Shown here: positions 10,388-19,660 of the stretch, in pieces
Layout of the letters: each line of letters opens with the position of its first letter
How positions within the stretch are numbered: the stretch's first letter is position 1
From: a virus
Lineage: Duplodnaviria > Caudoviricetes
DNA: 64,000 nt
Reading direction: 5' to 3' (one strand)
IMG/VR virus record: IMGVR_UViG_3300037067_019204
Coordinates: 64,001 to 128,000 of that record
Notes under the pieces: generated by a model
Databases searched by the model: none
What the model was told of the DNA's origin: nothing
The model's input: the letters and a program-made list of their open reading frames with translations, nothing else
Made by a program: the position numbers and the translations under genes

Positions 10388-10618
10388 ATGAGAATAGTAG
10401 AAAAGCCAGCTAATGATAGTATTGATTATTCTAAAGTAGTATTTCCTTTTTCATTTGTATCTTACAACCCAAATTTATTATTAAATGAATTTATGGGATT
10501 AATTTGGTTGGAATCAATTTCATCAAAGTCTCAAAAAAGGAATGGATTTAATAATATCCATGATTGTGAAGGAGATTGTAATAATTGCCTCAATTGCGGA
10601 GATGAAGATGGTGAATAA
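10388..10618 (+). CDS. Hypothetical protein, Cys-rich C-terminus
   Basis: 76 aa, GGAG RBS, CEGDCNNCLNC. Confidence 0.6.
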   Translation: MRIVEKPANDSIDYSKVVFPFSFVSYNPNLLLNEFMGLIWLESISSKSQKRNGFNNIHDCEGDCNNCLNCGDEDGE

Positions 10619-10635
10619 CATAGGGGATTTAAAAA

Positions 10636-11319
10636 ATGGATATACTATTTGATATAAGTGAACTAAAATGTAATAGAATTTTAGTTGTTGGTGAATTAAA
10701 TGGGGATTATGATGCTCTTATACGGTTATTATATCAACAAAGATTTACACACGCTGATGTTTTAATTTCCATAGGAAATTTTATTAATTTAGATGATTCT
10801 CCAGAAAAATCAATGGAATTAACTACTTTTTTGAGAAATTCTGTTAATTGTTTTTCTGTACGAGGATATTTGGAAAATAAATTTCTTAAAGATATACAAA
10901 ATCCAGAAAAAGTATTAGAAATAAACAAAAAACTTGGTTCTAAAATAAATGATCAAATTGTGAATTATGTACAGGAATTACCTCTTGTTATAAAATATAG
11001 AGATTATCTTATTATGAATGCTGGTCTTGTCCCATCTAAATCTTTTGATGAGCAAGATCCTGAAGTTTTTTATTCTATAGGAGAATATGATAAAGATAGT
11101 CGTTTTTATAAAGATTCAAAGGATGAATCTTCTTGGTACAACACTGAATATATTATGAAAGGCAAACATACAAAAATATGCTTTGGGAATATATATTTAT
11201 CTAATATTGAGGTTCCTGCTGGGTATAACCTTGGAAGAATAAAAAACCCACCATCTGAATTAAGATCCTTAGTTATTGAAAAAACATTACCACAACCAAT
11301 TATAGTCACAACCCAATAA
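10636..11319 (+). CDS. PPP/calcineurin-like metallophosphoesterase homolog, predicted inactive
   Basis: Motif spacing preserved but residues degenerate: GELNG (GDxHG), GNFIN (GDxVD), RGYLE (RGNHE), NAG (HAG), FGN (FGH). Confidence 0.7.
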   Translation: MDILFDISELKCNRILVVGELNGDYDALIRLLYQQRFTHADVLISIGNFINLDDSPEKSMELTTFLRNSVNCFSVRGYLENKFLKDIQNPEKVLEINKKLGSKINDQIVNYVQELPLVIKYRDYLIMNAGLVPSKSFDEQDPEVFYSIGEYDKDSRFYKDSKDESSWYNTEYIMKGKHTKICFGNIYLSNIEVPAGYNLGRIKNPPSELRSLVIEKTLPQPIIVTTQ

Positions 11320-11333
11320 AAAGGAGATTTTAT

Positions 11334-11525
11334 ATGAGTCAAAAAATAAAAATAACTATCGAAATTGAGAAAGAAAATGATATAATACCTCAAATATTAT
11401 ATGTTCCTCCGTATCCATATTATAATTGGCCATCTCCATATCCATATTGTCCATCTACTGTTCCATATAATACTCTTTATGAATATTATAATACGTGCGG
11501 GCCTTCTTTTTCCTATTTGGTATAA
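11334..11525 (+). CDS. Small Pro/Tyr-rich hypothetical protein
   Basis: 63 aa with AGGAG RBS. Confidence 0.55.
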   Translation: MSQKIKITIEIEKENDIIPQILYVPPYPYYNWPSPYPYCPSTVPYNTLYEYYNTCGPSFSYLV

Positions 11526-11601
11526 AATAGTGTAAAATAACTTAATTTTGTTAATAAAAAGCTTATTATTTTGATAATATTGTTTAGGAGGCTTTATACA
11601 A

Positions 11602-12072
11602 ATGAGTAGAGAACAAAAAAGATGGACAGGTCCAGACGCTGAATATATAGTTCCGTTGTATAGATTGGCTATGTCGCATAATGTTGATAATGAACGTATT
11701 GCTGAATGGATGGCCATAAATGGCCTTAGATATTCTAATCAAATGGTTAAAAGAACTTTGAAAATGGCAAAAAGAGAAGATCTTATTGATTATTTAATTA
11801 AAGAAGAAGATATAAAAATAGGTGATACTGTAAAGTCTAGAATGACAGGTCGAATAGGAGATGTTTCTCAAATACGTCCTGATGGTGATACAATTGTAGT
11901 TAGATGGGATACTGGTGGGTCACAACCTTTATCAAAAGAAAGTGTTTTTAAATTAAAGTCTAAAGAGTCCGAAATAACAGACAATAAAGACTTTAAAAAA
12001 GTGCATAATCATTCTGATGATACTTATAAAGTGATGAATGAAAAAAAGCTTTTTGAAAGAAAACCTGAATAA
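11602..12072 (+). CDS. Hypothetical protein with KOW/SH3-like segment
   Basis: AGGAGG RBS; IKIGDTVK...G.V......IVVRWD pattern. Confidence 0.6.
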   Translation: MSREQKRWTGPDAEYIVPLYRLAMSHNVDNERIAEWMAINGLRYSNQMVKRTLKMAKREDLIDYLIKEEDIKIGDTVKSRMTGRIGDVSQIRPDGDTIVVRWDTGGSQPLSKESVFKLKSKESEITDNKDFKKVHNHSDDTYKVMNEKKLFERKPE

Positions 12073-12092
12073 AAAATATTAGGAGATATAAT

Positions 12093-12251
12093 ATGAAAGA
12101 TAAAAAAGACAATGTTAAAAAACTTATTGAAGATATGATTACACGAGTATTTGGTGGTGCTGTTCCTGAAACAGTAATACGTCCCCTTGTTGACAAAATA
12201 GACGCAGTTTACTCTGTAGTAAAAGAAGAGAAAAAATCAACCAGAAAATAG
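12093..12251 (+). CDS. Small hypothetical protein (52 aa, not in ORF track)
   Basis: AGGAGA RBS, MKDKKDNVKKLIEDMITRVFGG...; fills the operon gap. Confidence 0.6.
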   Translation: MKDKKDNVKKLIEDMITRVFGGAVPETVIRPLVDKIDAVYSVVKEEKKSTRK

Positions 12252-12257
12252 TGATTT

Positions 12258-13187
12258 GTGAGTATACTTGATTATCAAAAAAAAGAACTCGCCCCTGAAA
12301 TATGGCGCGATGGTGGTGAATTAAGACGGGGGGTTAAAGAATTTATAATCTCCTGCGTTCGTGGTTTTTTTGATAGTTATAACATTGCTGGTTATGATTC
12401 TTTTATTAAAAGATTGTTTATTGGGTCTTCTTTAGCAACATTCTTTTATACTGAAATATCTGATTTAGATGTAAAAATTGTTATTGATACTGAAGAATTT
12501 AAAAAATATAATGCCCAATATTCTAATCCATCTGATGACGAGATATTAACATATCTTTTAAAAGAAGGTAGAAAAAGTTTTTGGTTAACAGCCGCTGTTC
12601 CCGGAACAATGCATACATTGGATTTTTATTTTGTTTCTCTAAAAGAAACAAAGCATATTAATCTATTAAAGTATGATAGCCTCTATGATGTTACAAACAA
12701 TAGATGGATTAAAGAACCTCAACAATTACCTGAGGGATATTCCCCTTCTTTAATTTTAAACTACGCAAAAGAGAAATCTCAGTCTTACTTAAGAAATATC
12801 ACACTTGAAATAGCTCAAACTCAATATGACACCATTGATTTAAAAATGTTGTTAGATTTTCTCAAAACAATGGATTCTGAGGATTTAAAGAATTTTGCAA
12901 GTGATATATCTAAATCTTTGCAGGAAATTAATACTGATCTTGAAAAATTAATGGAAAGTTATGAAGTTGTTAAAGAATTGAGGAAAAAAACCTTTAAAAA
13001 AGAAGAGCTTAATTCTCAATTAGAAAAAATAATGGGTTCAATTAATTACTCAGATGAAAATTTAGTATTTAAAATATTGCAAAGATATGGTTATATGAGG
13101 ATATTAAGCGAAATAAAAAACCTATTAGAAAAAGGTCATATATCTATATCAGAAATAGATGATCTTTCTGATGTGCTTGGGATTTAG
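12258..13187 (+). CDS. Pol-beta superfamily nucleotidyltransferase-like protein
   Basis: IGSSL...SDLDV motif, later LDFY; helical C-terminus. Confidence 0.65.
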   Translation: MSILDYQKKELAPEIWRDGGELRRGVKEFIISCVRGFFDSYNIAGYDSFIKRLFIGSSLATFFYTEISDLDVKIVIDTEEFKKYNAQYSNPSDDEILTYLLKEGRKSFWLTAAVPGTMHTLDFYFVSLKETKHINLLKYDSLYDVTNNRWIKEPQQLPEGYSPSLILNYAKEKSQSYLRNITLEIAQTQYDTIDLKMLLDFLKTMDSEDLKNFASDISKSLQEINTDLEKLMESYEVVKELRKKTFKKEELNSQLEKIMGSINYSDENLVFKILQRYGYMRILSEIKNLLEKGHISISEIDDLSDVLGI

Positions 13188-13189
13188 TA

Positions 13190-14473
13190 ATGTCTGATCA
13201 AACAAAAGAAGCCATAAGTTTAAAAGATATAAAATCTCTTTTTACTTTTTCTCCTGAAGATTTTGCTCTTACCTCAAAAGATTTAGGTGATGTTGCTCTA
13301 GATCAACAACCTCCTGTTGAACAAACAGAAGATATTACACCTATTACAAAGCAAGCACCACCACGTCCTAAAAGAGTAAAAAACCAACTATCACCCTTTT
13401 TTGATTATAGTATATCTGATTTGGATTTTCATTTAGATGAATTTGACCAAGCTGGGAATAGAAAAAAAGAATTAGAAGAACAATCTAGAGAACCAAAAAA
13501 AGAACCACCTATTGAAGAGGAAGTAACTGTTTCAGAAGTAAGGGAAGAAACAGGAGAAGCACAAGAGTATCCCTATAAATTACATTTACCCCCAGAATTA
13601 GCAACAAGAATTGGAGAACCTACTGTGGATCATTCATATTCTGCTCTTATGTATCTTCAATCTTTAGGATATAAAAAATTTGACTTTTTTGCAAATCCAG
13701 CGCATACACATAAATATGATGTTTGTGATGCTTTATCACGAATGAGTCCGTGGAGTTTAGATTATGTATTAAGAGATGCAGAAAGTCATTCACAATTAAA
13801 AGGATACCCAGTAGCACCCCTATTTCATTTTGCACATGTTAATTGTCAGGGGTATGTAGTTGTATCTCCTCCTACTACTATAGATGATATTCCTGATGAT
13901 GCTCCCGGTTTGCACATGTGGGAAGATGAATCTGAAATAAGAAGAGAAAAAGAAACTTTATTATCAAAACTTGCCCCTGTTATTGTAAATAGATTTACAT
14001 TAGCTCCTAATATGTTTGAGAAAATTCAAACAATGCAGATTCCTTCTACATCAACTGTTCGTTTACATGAATGGTATGAAACACTCCCCATTAGAAAGAA
14101 AAAAGGAAGTCAATGGAATCATAATGTAAAACCAGTGAAAGTCAAAACAACTCTTTTTATTAGAGATAAGTTGGGTTTGGTTCAACTTTTAAATAAAGAT
14201 ATGGTTGGGTTAGAAACTGAATCATACAATCAAATTTCAAAAGTATTTTTTCCATCATTGGAAATAAATGTAACTGTTCCTATTAGTGGAATAGAATCAT
14301 TACCTTTAAAAATAGCTTTAAGTGGAGATGCAAAAGAAGGTTCTTTTGTTTTGATTGAAGATGAAGATCTTGGTATTTCTTTAGGACAAGTTGGTGAAAA
14401 TTTGTATGTCTATGATCCTTCTTTTGATATGATTGTAGAGACAGATGATTGGCAATTATTAGAAACTGCTTAG
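13190..14473 (+). CDS. Hypothetical protein with MuF/head-morphogenesis-like Cys/His motif
   Basis: Acidic N-terminus; DVCD...PLFHFAHVNCQG resembles the C...HPNCRC motif. Confidence 0.4.
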   Translation: MSDQTKEAISLKDIKSLFTFSPEDFALTSKDLGDVALDQQPPVEQTEDITPITKQAPPRPKRVKNQLSPFFDYSISDLDFHLDEFDQAGNRKKELEEQSREPKKEPPIEEEVTVSEVREETGEAQEYPYKLHLPPELATRIGEPTVDHSYSALMYLQSLGYKKFDFFANPAHTHKYDVCDALSRMSPWSLDYVLRDAESHSQLKGYPVAPLFHFAHVNCQGYVVVSPPTTIDDIPDDAPGLHMWEDESEIRREKETLLSKLAPVIVNRFTLAPNMFEKIQTMQIPSTSTVRLHEWYETLPIRKKKGSQWNHNVKPVKVKTTLFIRDKLGLVQLLNKDMVGLETESYNQISKVFFPSLEINVTVPISGIESLPLKIALSGDAKEGSFVLIEDEDLGISLGQVGENLYVYDPSFDMIVETDDWQLLETA

Positions 14474-14491
14474 TTCATTCAAATTTGAATA

Positions 14492-14513
14492 ACGATTATG
14501 GAGCCATAATCGT
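14492..14513. promoter_or_regulatory. 22-bp palindromic motif, copy 2
   Basis: ACGATTATGG-AG-CCATAATCGT perfect 10-bp arms, followed by ATTAATTTT. Confidence 0.65.
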
Positions 14514-14585
14514 ATTAATTTTATTAGGAAGATTCATCTACCATGTGTAGAATGAGTTCTTGAATTGTTACACAATTCGTGCAGG

Positions 14586-14621
14586 AAAAACAAAGCCTAC
14601 TGAAAAGTAGGCTTTGTTTTT
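14586..14621. terminator. Bidirectional rho-independent terminator
   Basis: AAAAACAAAGCCTACT-GAAA-AGTAGGCTTTGTTTTT between convergent genes. Confidence 0.85.
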
Positions 14622-16269
14622 ATAGCTTCCATTTATTTTTAATGGAGACCACTAATTGTTTTTTTCCATTGGGGTATAATATTGCCGATGCTGGTAGCCA
14701 TGTTGATGAACCACCTAAATTATAATCTAATTTTAGAAATGTAGATGTTCCTACAATTATTGTATTTCTAAAAATTCCCGGTGTGTGGGCATGAGCAACA
14801 ATGCTATTGTTAAAAGCTTTCTCTAAAGAAGTAACACCTTTACTCTTTAAACTATTAGTTGATTTATGACCATGATACCCAATATGAACATTGTGTATCT
14901 TATAATCAATTCCCTCCTTTAGCCACTTTGCTTTTACAGAAGGAAATGTTTCTTTTATATATTCTTCTATTGGATTTTTTTCATCAAGTATCCACAATGC
15001 TAATTTTAAAGATAACCTATGGTTTGTTCTATCATTAATATACTCTCCCCCAACAAGGTATCTTTTTAAGAAATCATCATGATTAGAATAAACAACAAGT
15101 AACTCCTGATCAGGAAACTCAGAATTCCATAATTTAAGAGTTGACCCAATTAAATTTAATTCTTTTTCTAAAGTGGATACATTTTCTTGTCTATTTACTT
15201 GTCTTTCCATATTTCTTTTATGAAAAGGATTAATACTATGACCATCAAATAAGTCATGAAATACAATATACTTTGGATTTGTTTCTTTCACACATTCTTT
15301 CCAATTTTGTATTACAGAAGGATCTTCAAATCCCGTATGATAATCACCTAGTACAATAGCAGATGCTCTTTTCTGAACAATTTTATCTTTTATGTAATAT
15401 TTTCCTAAATCAAAAAAACCTCCCTGATCATCACTAACAGCTTGCCTTATATGGAACATTTTATTATCACGTATTTCAACAATTAATCCACCACAACAAT
15501 GATCTTGATCTGCCAAACGGCCAATTCTTGTTGTAGCATATTTTGGTGATGACACACACCCTGTACTATGTATAATATGTGGGAGTGATTCACTACTTAC
15601 AGGAGCAATACACATAAATTGTTTTGGTGAAGCTATAATTAAGGAGTATTGTCGTTGTCCAAAACGTTGCAATCCTTCCAATGGATTAATTTGTTGTGGA
15701 CTAATCATGAAATCTTTAGCAACAAGATTTGAATTAAATCTGAATTCAGTTGCAAAGTGGTCTGAATACTCTAATAATTCTTCTGGATAGTACTCATCTT
15801 CTACATTTATACCTTTCATGGGAAGTATTACTAATTCTGCCTTATTATTTTTGCAATATGTAAGTATACTATTAAAAAATGATTGATTTAATTTTGCCCC
15901 TGCTATTGCACTTGTAACAAAATAACGTCTGGGTTCTATTTTTGTTTCATCATTTTTTACTATATCAATATTAATTCTTTCTGTGTAAATAATGCTTTCT
16001 GGTTGTTGCGCATTATAATTTTTGAGGGAGGAAAAGGCGGCTTTTTTGAAATTTGAAAATGTACCAAAGAGGGAAGTCCATTCATTTTCTTTACGTATGC
16101 TCTTTGTTCTATAATAATCTCTAGTTATTGCGCCGGAAAGACCTTCTTTTTTATGTTGTTCATTTATTTTTAATAAATCTTTAATAAGTTCTTGTTTTAG
16201 TTCATTTTTTTCTTTTTGTTCATTTTCATTTTTATCTTTTTTACTCTTACTCTCTGAGGATATCAACAT
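14620..16269 (-). CDS. T5 A1-like metallophosphoesterase/nuclease
   Basis: N-terminal YFVTSA...LVILP, PLEGL, STG..S.P.Y. C-terminal intact metallophos motifs GDYH, HDLFDG, SNHD, HGH, AHAHTP. Family assignment from recall. Confidence 0.6.
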   Translation of the reverse strand: MLISSESKSKKDKNENEQKEKNELKQELIKDLLKINEQHKKEGLSGAITRDYYRTKSIRKENEWTSLFGTFSNFKKAAFSSLKNYNAQQPESIIYTERINIDIVKNDETKIEPRRYFVTSAIAGAKLNQSFFNSILTYCKNNKAELVILPMKGINVEDEYYPEELLEYSDHFATEFRFNSNLVAKDFMISPQQINPLEGLQRFGQRQYSLIIASPKQFMCIAPVSSESLPHIIHSTGCVSSPKYATTRIGRLADQDHCCGGLIVEIRDNKMFHIRQAVSDDQGGFFDLGKYYIKDKIVQKRASAIVLGDYHTGFEDPSVIQNWKECVKETNPKYIVFHDLFDGHSINPFHKRNMERQVNRQENVSTLEKELNLIGSTLKLWNSEFPDQELLVVYSNHDDFLKRYLVGGEYINDRTNHRLSLKLALWILDEKNPIEEYIKETFPSVKAKWLKEGIDYKIHNVHIGYHGHKSTNSLKSKGVTSLEKAFNNSIVAHAHTPGIFRNTIIVGTSTFLKLDYNLGGSSTWLPASAILYPNGKKQLVVSIKNKWKL

Positions 16270-16358
16270 ATTGTTTTTCTCCTGTATTTGTTGTATAAAT
16301 AATATAATACAGAAATAGAATCTGAGGTTTGTTTTACAATAAAATTATGTTTCATATG

Positions 16359-16886
16359 TTATTCATCTAACAATGTGTGGTCGATCTCATAATTTGTTGT
16401 TCCTGTATTTATAATTTTTTTTATTCTTGACATATAGTCTAGTCTCATTTTAGGATTATTACATCTTTTATATAAAGAGACTAATTTATTTAATTCTTTT
16501 CTTCTTAACAATTTTATAATTGTGTTTATAAAAGTAGAATCAGGGAAAGGGGGAGTATAAATATAATATGCTTTATTTGGTAACAATTTTATTAATTTAT
16601 ATTTTTCGAGTTTTTTTAAACGATAAATCTGAGTTGACTCATTTGTCCCTAAAGCTATAGCTAAATAATCTAAACTTGGGTTACATATAGGATCTTTGTG
16701 TTTTTTATAATTAATATCACTTAAATCCTTTAAAAGATAATATGTCTCTTTTTCTTGGGTGGATAAGACTTTATACCCCAATCTAACATAAATTAGGGGA
16801 TTGATTGGTTTTGAGATATTAAGCTCTTGTAGTAGTTCTTCTACTCGGCGTTTCCCAAAAGGAGATGTTATAATAAACCAGTTCAT
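16359..16886 (-). CDS. Hypothetical protein with winged-HTH-like segment
   Basis: PSLDYLAIALGTNESTQIYRLKKLEKYKLIK. Confidence 0.55.
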   Translation of the reverse strand: MNWFIITSPFGKRRVEELLQELNISKPINPLIYVRLGYKVLSTQEKETYYLLKDLSDINYKKHKDPICNPSLDYLAIALGTNESTQIYRLKKLEKYKLIKLLPNKAYYIYTPPFPDSTFINTIIKLLRRKELNKLVSLYKRCNNPKMRLDYMSRIKKIINTGTTNYEIDHTLLDE

Positions 16887-16915
16887 ATTTACAACTATAA
16901 AAAATTATTTTTTAT

Positions 16916-16943
16916 TTGACAAGAAAAAAATAAAAATTATTAT
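16916..16943 (+). promoter_or_regulatory. sigma70-type promoter of the replication operon
   Basis: TTGACA-N16-TATTAT in the divergent AT-rich gap. Confidence 0.5.
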
Positions 16944-17001
16944 GGATTTATCAAAAAAAATATAGTATATTGAATACATATAAAAAGGAGATTATAAGAC
17001 A

Positions 17002-17190
17002 ATGGGAAGACGAAAAATACATCCAGAAAACAAGGCTAGTGGTACATCTATTTCATTAAGCCCGAAGCATAAAAAAATGTTAGAAGAAATGTCTAAAGAA
17101 ACTGATAAAAAGAGGTCGGATATAATACAAGAACTCATTGAAAGAGAATTTGAGGCTATTTATTCTAATATAGTAGCAAAGAAGGGGTAG
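17002..17190 (+). CDS. Ribbon-helix-helix (CopG-like) DNA-binding protein
   Basis: TSISLSPKHKKMLEEMSKETDKKRSDIIQELIE; AGGAG RBS. Confidence 0.7.
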   Translation: MGRRKIHPENKASGTSISLSPKHKKMLEEMSKETDKKRSDIIQELIEREFEAIYSNIVAKKG

Positions 17191-17191
17191 A

Positions 17192-17764
17192 ATGCAACAA
17201 ATACGACGAGTTCCGGTTCAAAGTTATGCAAATAACACTATGGAAGAAGTGTTTGGGAAATTTGAGGAGCTTTTTAAAAGATATGATGAAACAAAATCTT
17301 ATGAAGAATGGTCTGAGGTCAAAATACTATTTGACACACATATGCTTCAAATTGAGGATACTTCTGATATAGAGTCTATAATAGATGAAATCAATAAGGT
17401 ATCATCTAGAATTTTTATGTATGGGGCTTTATGTGAGTCACAGCAACGAGTTGTACAGCAATTAGAAGATGGATTTGAAAAATGGATTGCGGAAAGGTAT
17501 GTTGTGATAGATTCTTCTCCTACTGAAGAAGAAACTGAAGGTGGAGTTGTTAAAAAAAGAAAAGTTAAACAAACTGAAACAGCAAAAGAAAATTTGTTAA
17601 AAGTTGCCTATGGTGATGAGTATTCTAAATATCAAGAAAAACTACGAAATGAAAAATATAAGCTTGGTTTGGTTAAAAGAGTAGTTGCTGGTTTGGATAG
17701 TTACTCATACAAATTACATAGTATTTTAAACTATAGACAAATAGCAATTCAAAAAGGTCTTTAA
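17192..17764 (+). CDS. Helical protein, possibly a UvsY-like recombination mediator
   Basis: All-alpha acidic/basic pattern and location in the SSB/RecA cluster; weak. Confidence 0.35.
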   Translation: MQQIRRVPVQSYANNTMEEVFGKFEELFKRYDETKSYEEWSEVKILFDTHMLQIEDTSDIESIIDEINKVSSRIFMYGALCESQQRVVQQLEDGFEKWIAERYVVIDSSPTEEETEGGVVKKRKVKQTETAKENLLKVAYGDEYSKYQEKLRNEKYKLGLVKRVVAGLDSYSYKLHSILNYRQIAIQKGL

Positions 17765-17794
17765 TATTTAATATAATAAGGAGTATCTAATTAA

Positions 17795-18040
17795 ATGATT
17801 CAAAAAGTAGTAGATTTTTTTAATAACACATTTGGAAGTGCTGGTAAATGGGTACTTTTGGGTGTGGTGGGTGTAGCATTAATTATAGGTATAATATTGG
17901 TGGTGTTTGTTATGAAAAATCTTTGGGTAGTATTGGGCGTGGGTGCAGGTGTAGTTGCTCTAGTTGGTGCAGGTTTTGTTGTATATAATAAATTTATTAA
18001 AAAAGGTACAACAACAACTGATTCTAGCGCAGCTAATTAA
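17795..18040 (+). CDS. Small two-TM membrane protein
   Basis: Two Gly/Val-rich hydrophobic helices; AGGAG RBS. Confidence 0.7.
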   Translation: MIQKVVDFFNNTFGSAGKWVLLGVVGVALIIGIILVVFVMKNLWVVLGVGAGVVALVGAGFVVYNKFIKKGTTTTDSSAAN

Positions 18041-18048
18041 TTTTTCTT

Positions 18049-18078
18049 AAAAGGTCTTTTTTAAAAAAAGACCTTTTT
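18049..18078 (+). terminator. Rho-independent terminator
   Basis: AAAAGGTCTTTTTT/AAAAAAGACCTTTT inverted repeat plus T run. Confidence 0.65.
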
Positions 18079-18125
18079 CTTAAAAAATTATTTGAAATTT
18101 ATTAAAAATTACTATATATTAAAAT

Positions 18126-18395
18126 ATGAATAAAGAAATAACAGAAGAATCTATTTATAAAACAATTATAGAACTATTTACAGAATATCTTAAAGAATTA
18201 ACCGAAAACAAAATTGAATATAAACTTACAGGCCGAGAGAATCTTAAAGAAGATTTAGAATTTGATGATTTAGCACTTATAGAAATTACCTTAATTCTTG
18301 AGCATCTGTTTAAAATAGAAATTGATGATAATATGATGGAAGAATTTATAACTATAGATTCTATCTCTAATATTATTTGTAAAAAAATACTGTAA
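18126..18395 (+). CDS. Acyl-carrier-protein-like protein lacking the phosphopantetheine Ser
   Basis: Acidic 89 aa; NLKEDLEFDDLALIEITLILEHLFKIEIDD...FITIDSI matches the ACP pattern with DSL replaced by DDL. Confidence 0.7.
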   Translation: MNKEITEESIYKTIIELFTEYLKELTENKIEYKLTGRENLKEDLEFDDLALIEITLILEHLFKIEIDDNMMEEFITIDSISNIICKKIL

Positions 18396-18469
18396 TTTAC
18401 CCCTTGTGGGTATGGATTGAAGTAACTAGCCCTTAAAAAAGTTCAATATAATTTAATTAATAAACCAAA

Positions 18470-19660
18470 ATGGAGGCGTTGAAAATGGAAGACTATTTAG
18501 ATCAGTATTATGAAGAAGTTGAAGAGGAAGAAGGTGGTTTTACTAAGGAGTATGCTGTTGAAAAAGTAATTGGTTCTGACAATAATATACTCCGACTTGT
18601 TGATCCAAAATCTGTATTTAAATATTATCGTTGTTGGCCAGTGTGCGATGATGGTAAAAAAAGACCTTTCGTTATCGCAAATGATTTAGAAGGAGATGGT
18701 ATTTTTGCTAAAATTATTGGAGACTATCATCCATATAAATGGTATGTTGGTGGTATTCTTGAAACAGAAAAAGATGAGTTTGGTGGGAAAAAGTATGTTT
18801 ATGAAACCACTGACCCAGAATTAATGCTTCAAGTTGCGTATAATAACGATAGATCCAATAATAATGGAAGTTGGAAACCAAGACGAGAGTTTGCTTTTAA
18901 TTGCATTGATCGTGATCTTGAAACAAAAGGAGATTTTATGGGGCAAAATTGGTGTAAAGTAAATAAACACACCAAAATGATACGAATGCCAGCCACTGCT
19001 TTACAAAGTTTAAAGCTAGTTCATGAACAAAATGGATCTCCTGATGAGTATGATATTGCTTATACTAAACAAGGAAGTGGTAGAAATACAAAGCACAATA
19101 TCCAAAAAGCGGGTGATAAAAAACCGGGAGTTGTTATTGGTTTTATAACCGATGAAGAATTGGCTTATGAAAGATATGATTTAAAAGAAGAGTGCAAACT
19201 TTCCCCAGCTTTGTATATTCTGAAATATCTTGAAAAGACAATTGAAAGGATAGATAAGATAATGGGAACAAACTATCTTGATCAATTTAAGGAACAAGCT
19301 GAAAAGGAAAAGAAAGCATATGAGGCTCAAAAAGGTACAGTAGCTGCACCAGCACCTGAATCTAAGCCAAAAGTAGCTACTCCAGAATCTGCTCCTCAAA
19401 GAAACGAATCTGTATCAGGAAATGGTTCCCCACAAACTGCAACAGTTCGTACAAGCTTTGTTAAAAGTAGAGTTCCACAAAATAAACCAAAAGAAGAAGT
19501 AATTCTATGCCCGTATTGCGGGACAGAAATTCCTAAATCTTCTGAAAAATGTCCACAATGTAGTGCTGATCTTTTTGCACCATGTTCAGAATGCGGCGAA
19601 AGATTTAGCATTCTTGAAACGGTATGCCCAAAATGTCATGCAGTTTATACATTGGGTTAA
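18470..19660 (+). CDS. Putative single-stranded DNA-binding protein (gp32-like) with C-terminal double zinc ribbon
   Basis: Aromatic OB-like core (WKPRREFAFN, YDIAYTKQGSG), Pro/Ala linker, four CxxC pairs; replication context. Confidence 0.55.
   Translation: MEALKMEDYLDQYYEEVEEEEGGFTKEYAVEKVIGSDNNILRLVDPKSVFKYYRCWPVCDDGKKRPFVIANDLEGDGIFAKIIGDYHPYKWYVGGILETEKDEFGGKKYVYETTDPELMLQVAYNNDRSNNNGSWKPRREFAFNCIDRDLETKGDFMGQNWCKVNKHTKMIRMPATALQSLKLVHEQNGSPDEYDIAYTKQGSGRNTKHNIQKAGDKKPGVVIGFITDEELAYERYDLKEECKLSPALYILKYLEKTIERIDKIMGTNYLDQFKEQAEKEKKAYEAQKGTVAAPAPESKPKVATPESAPQRNESVSGNGSPQTATVRTSFVKSRVPQNKPKEEVILCPYCGTEIPKSSEKCPQCSADLFAPCSECGERFSILETVCPKCHAVYTLG

Noticed and set aside
12258-13187. This NTase as the missing NaMN adenylyltransferase
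   Set aside because: It has a Pol-beta GS/DxD signature rather than the HxGH motif of NadD/NadM, and is unlinked to the NAD genes.
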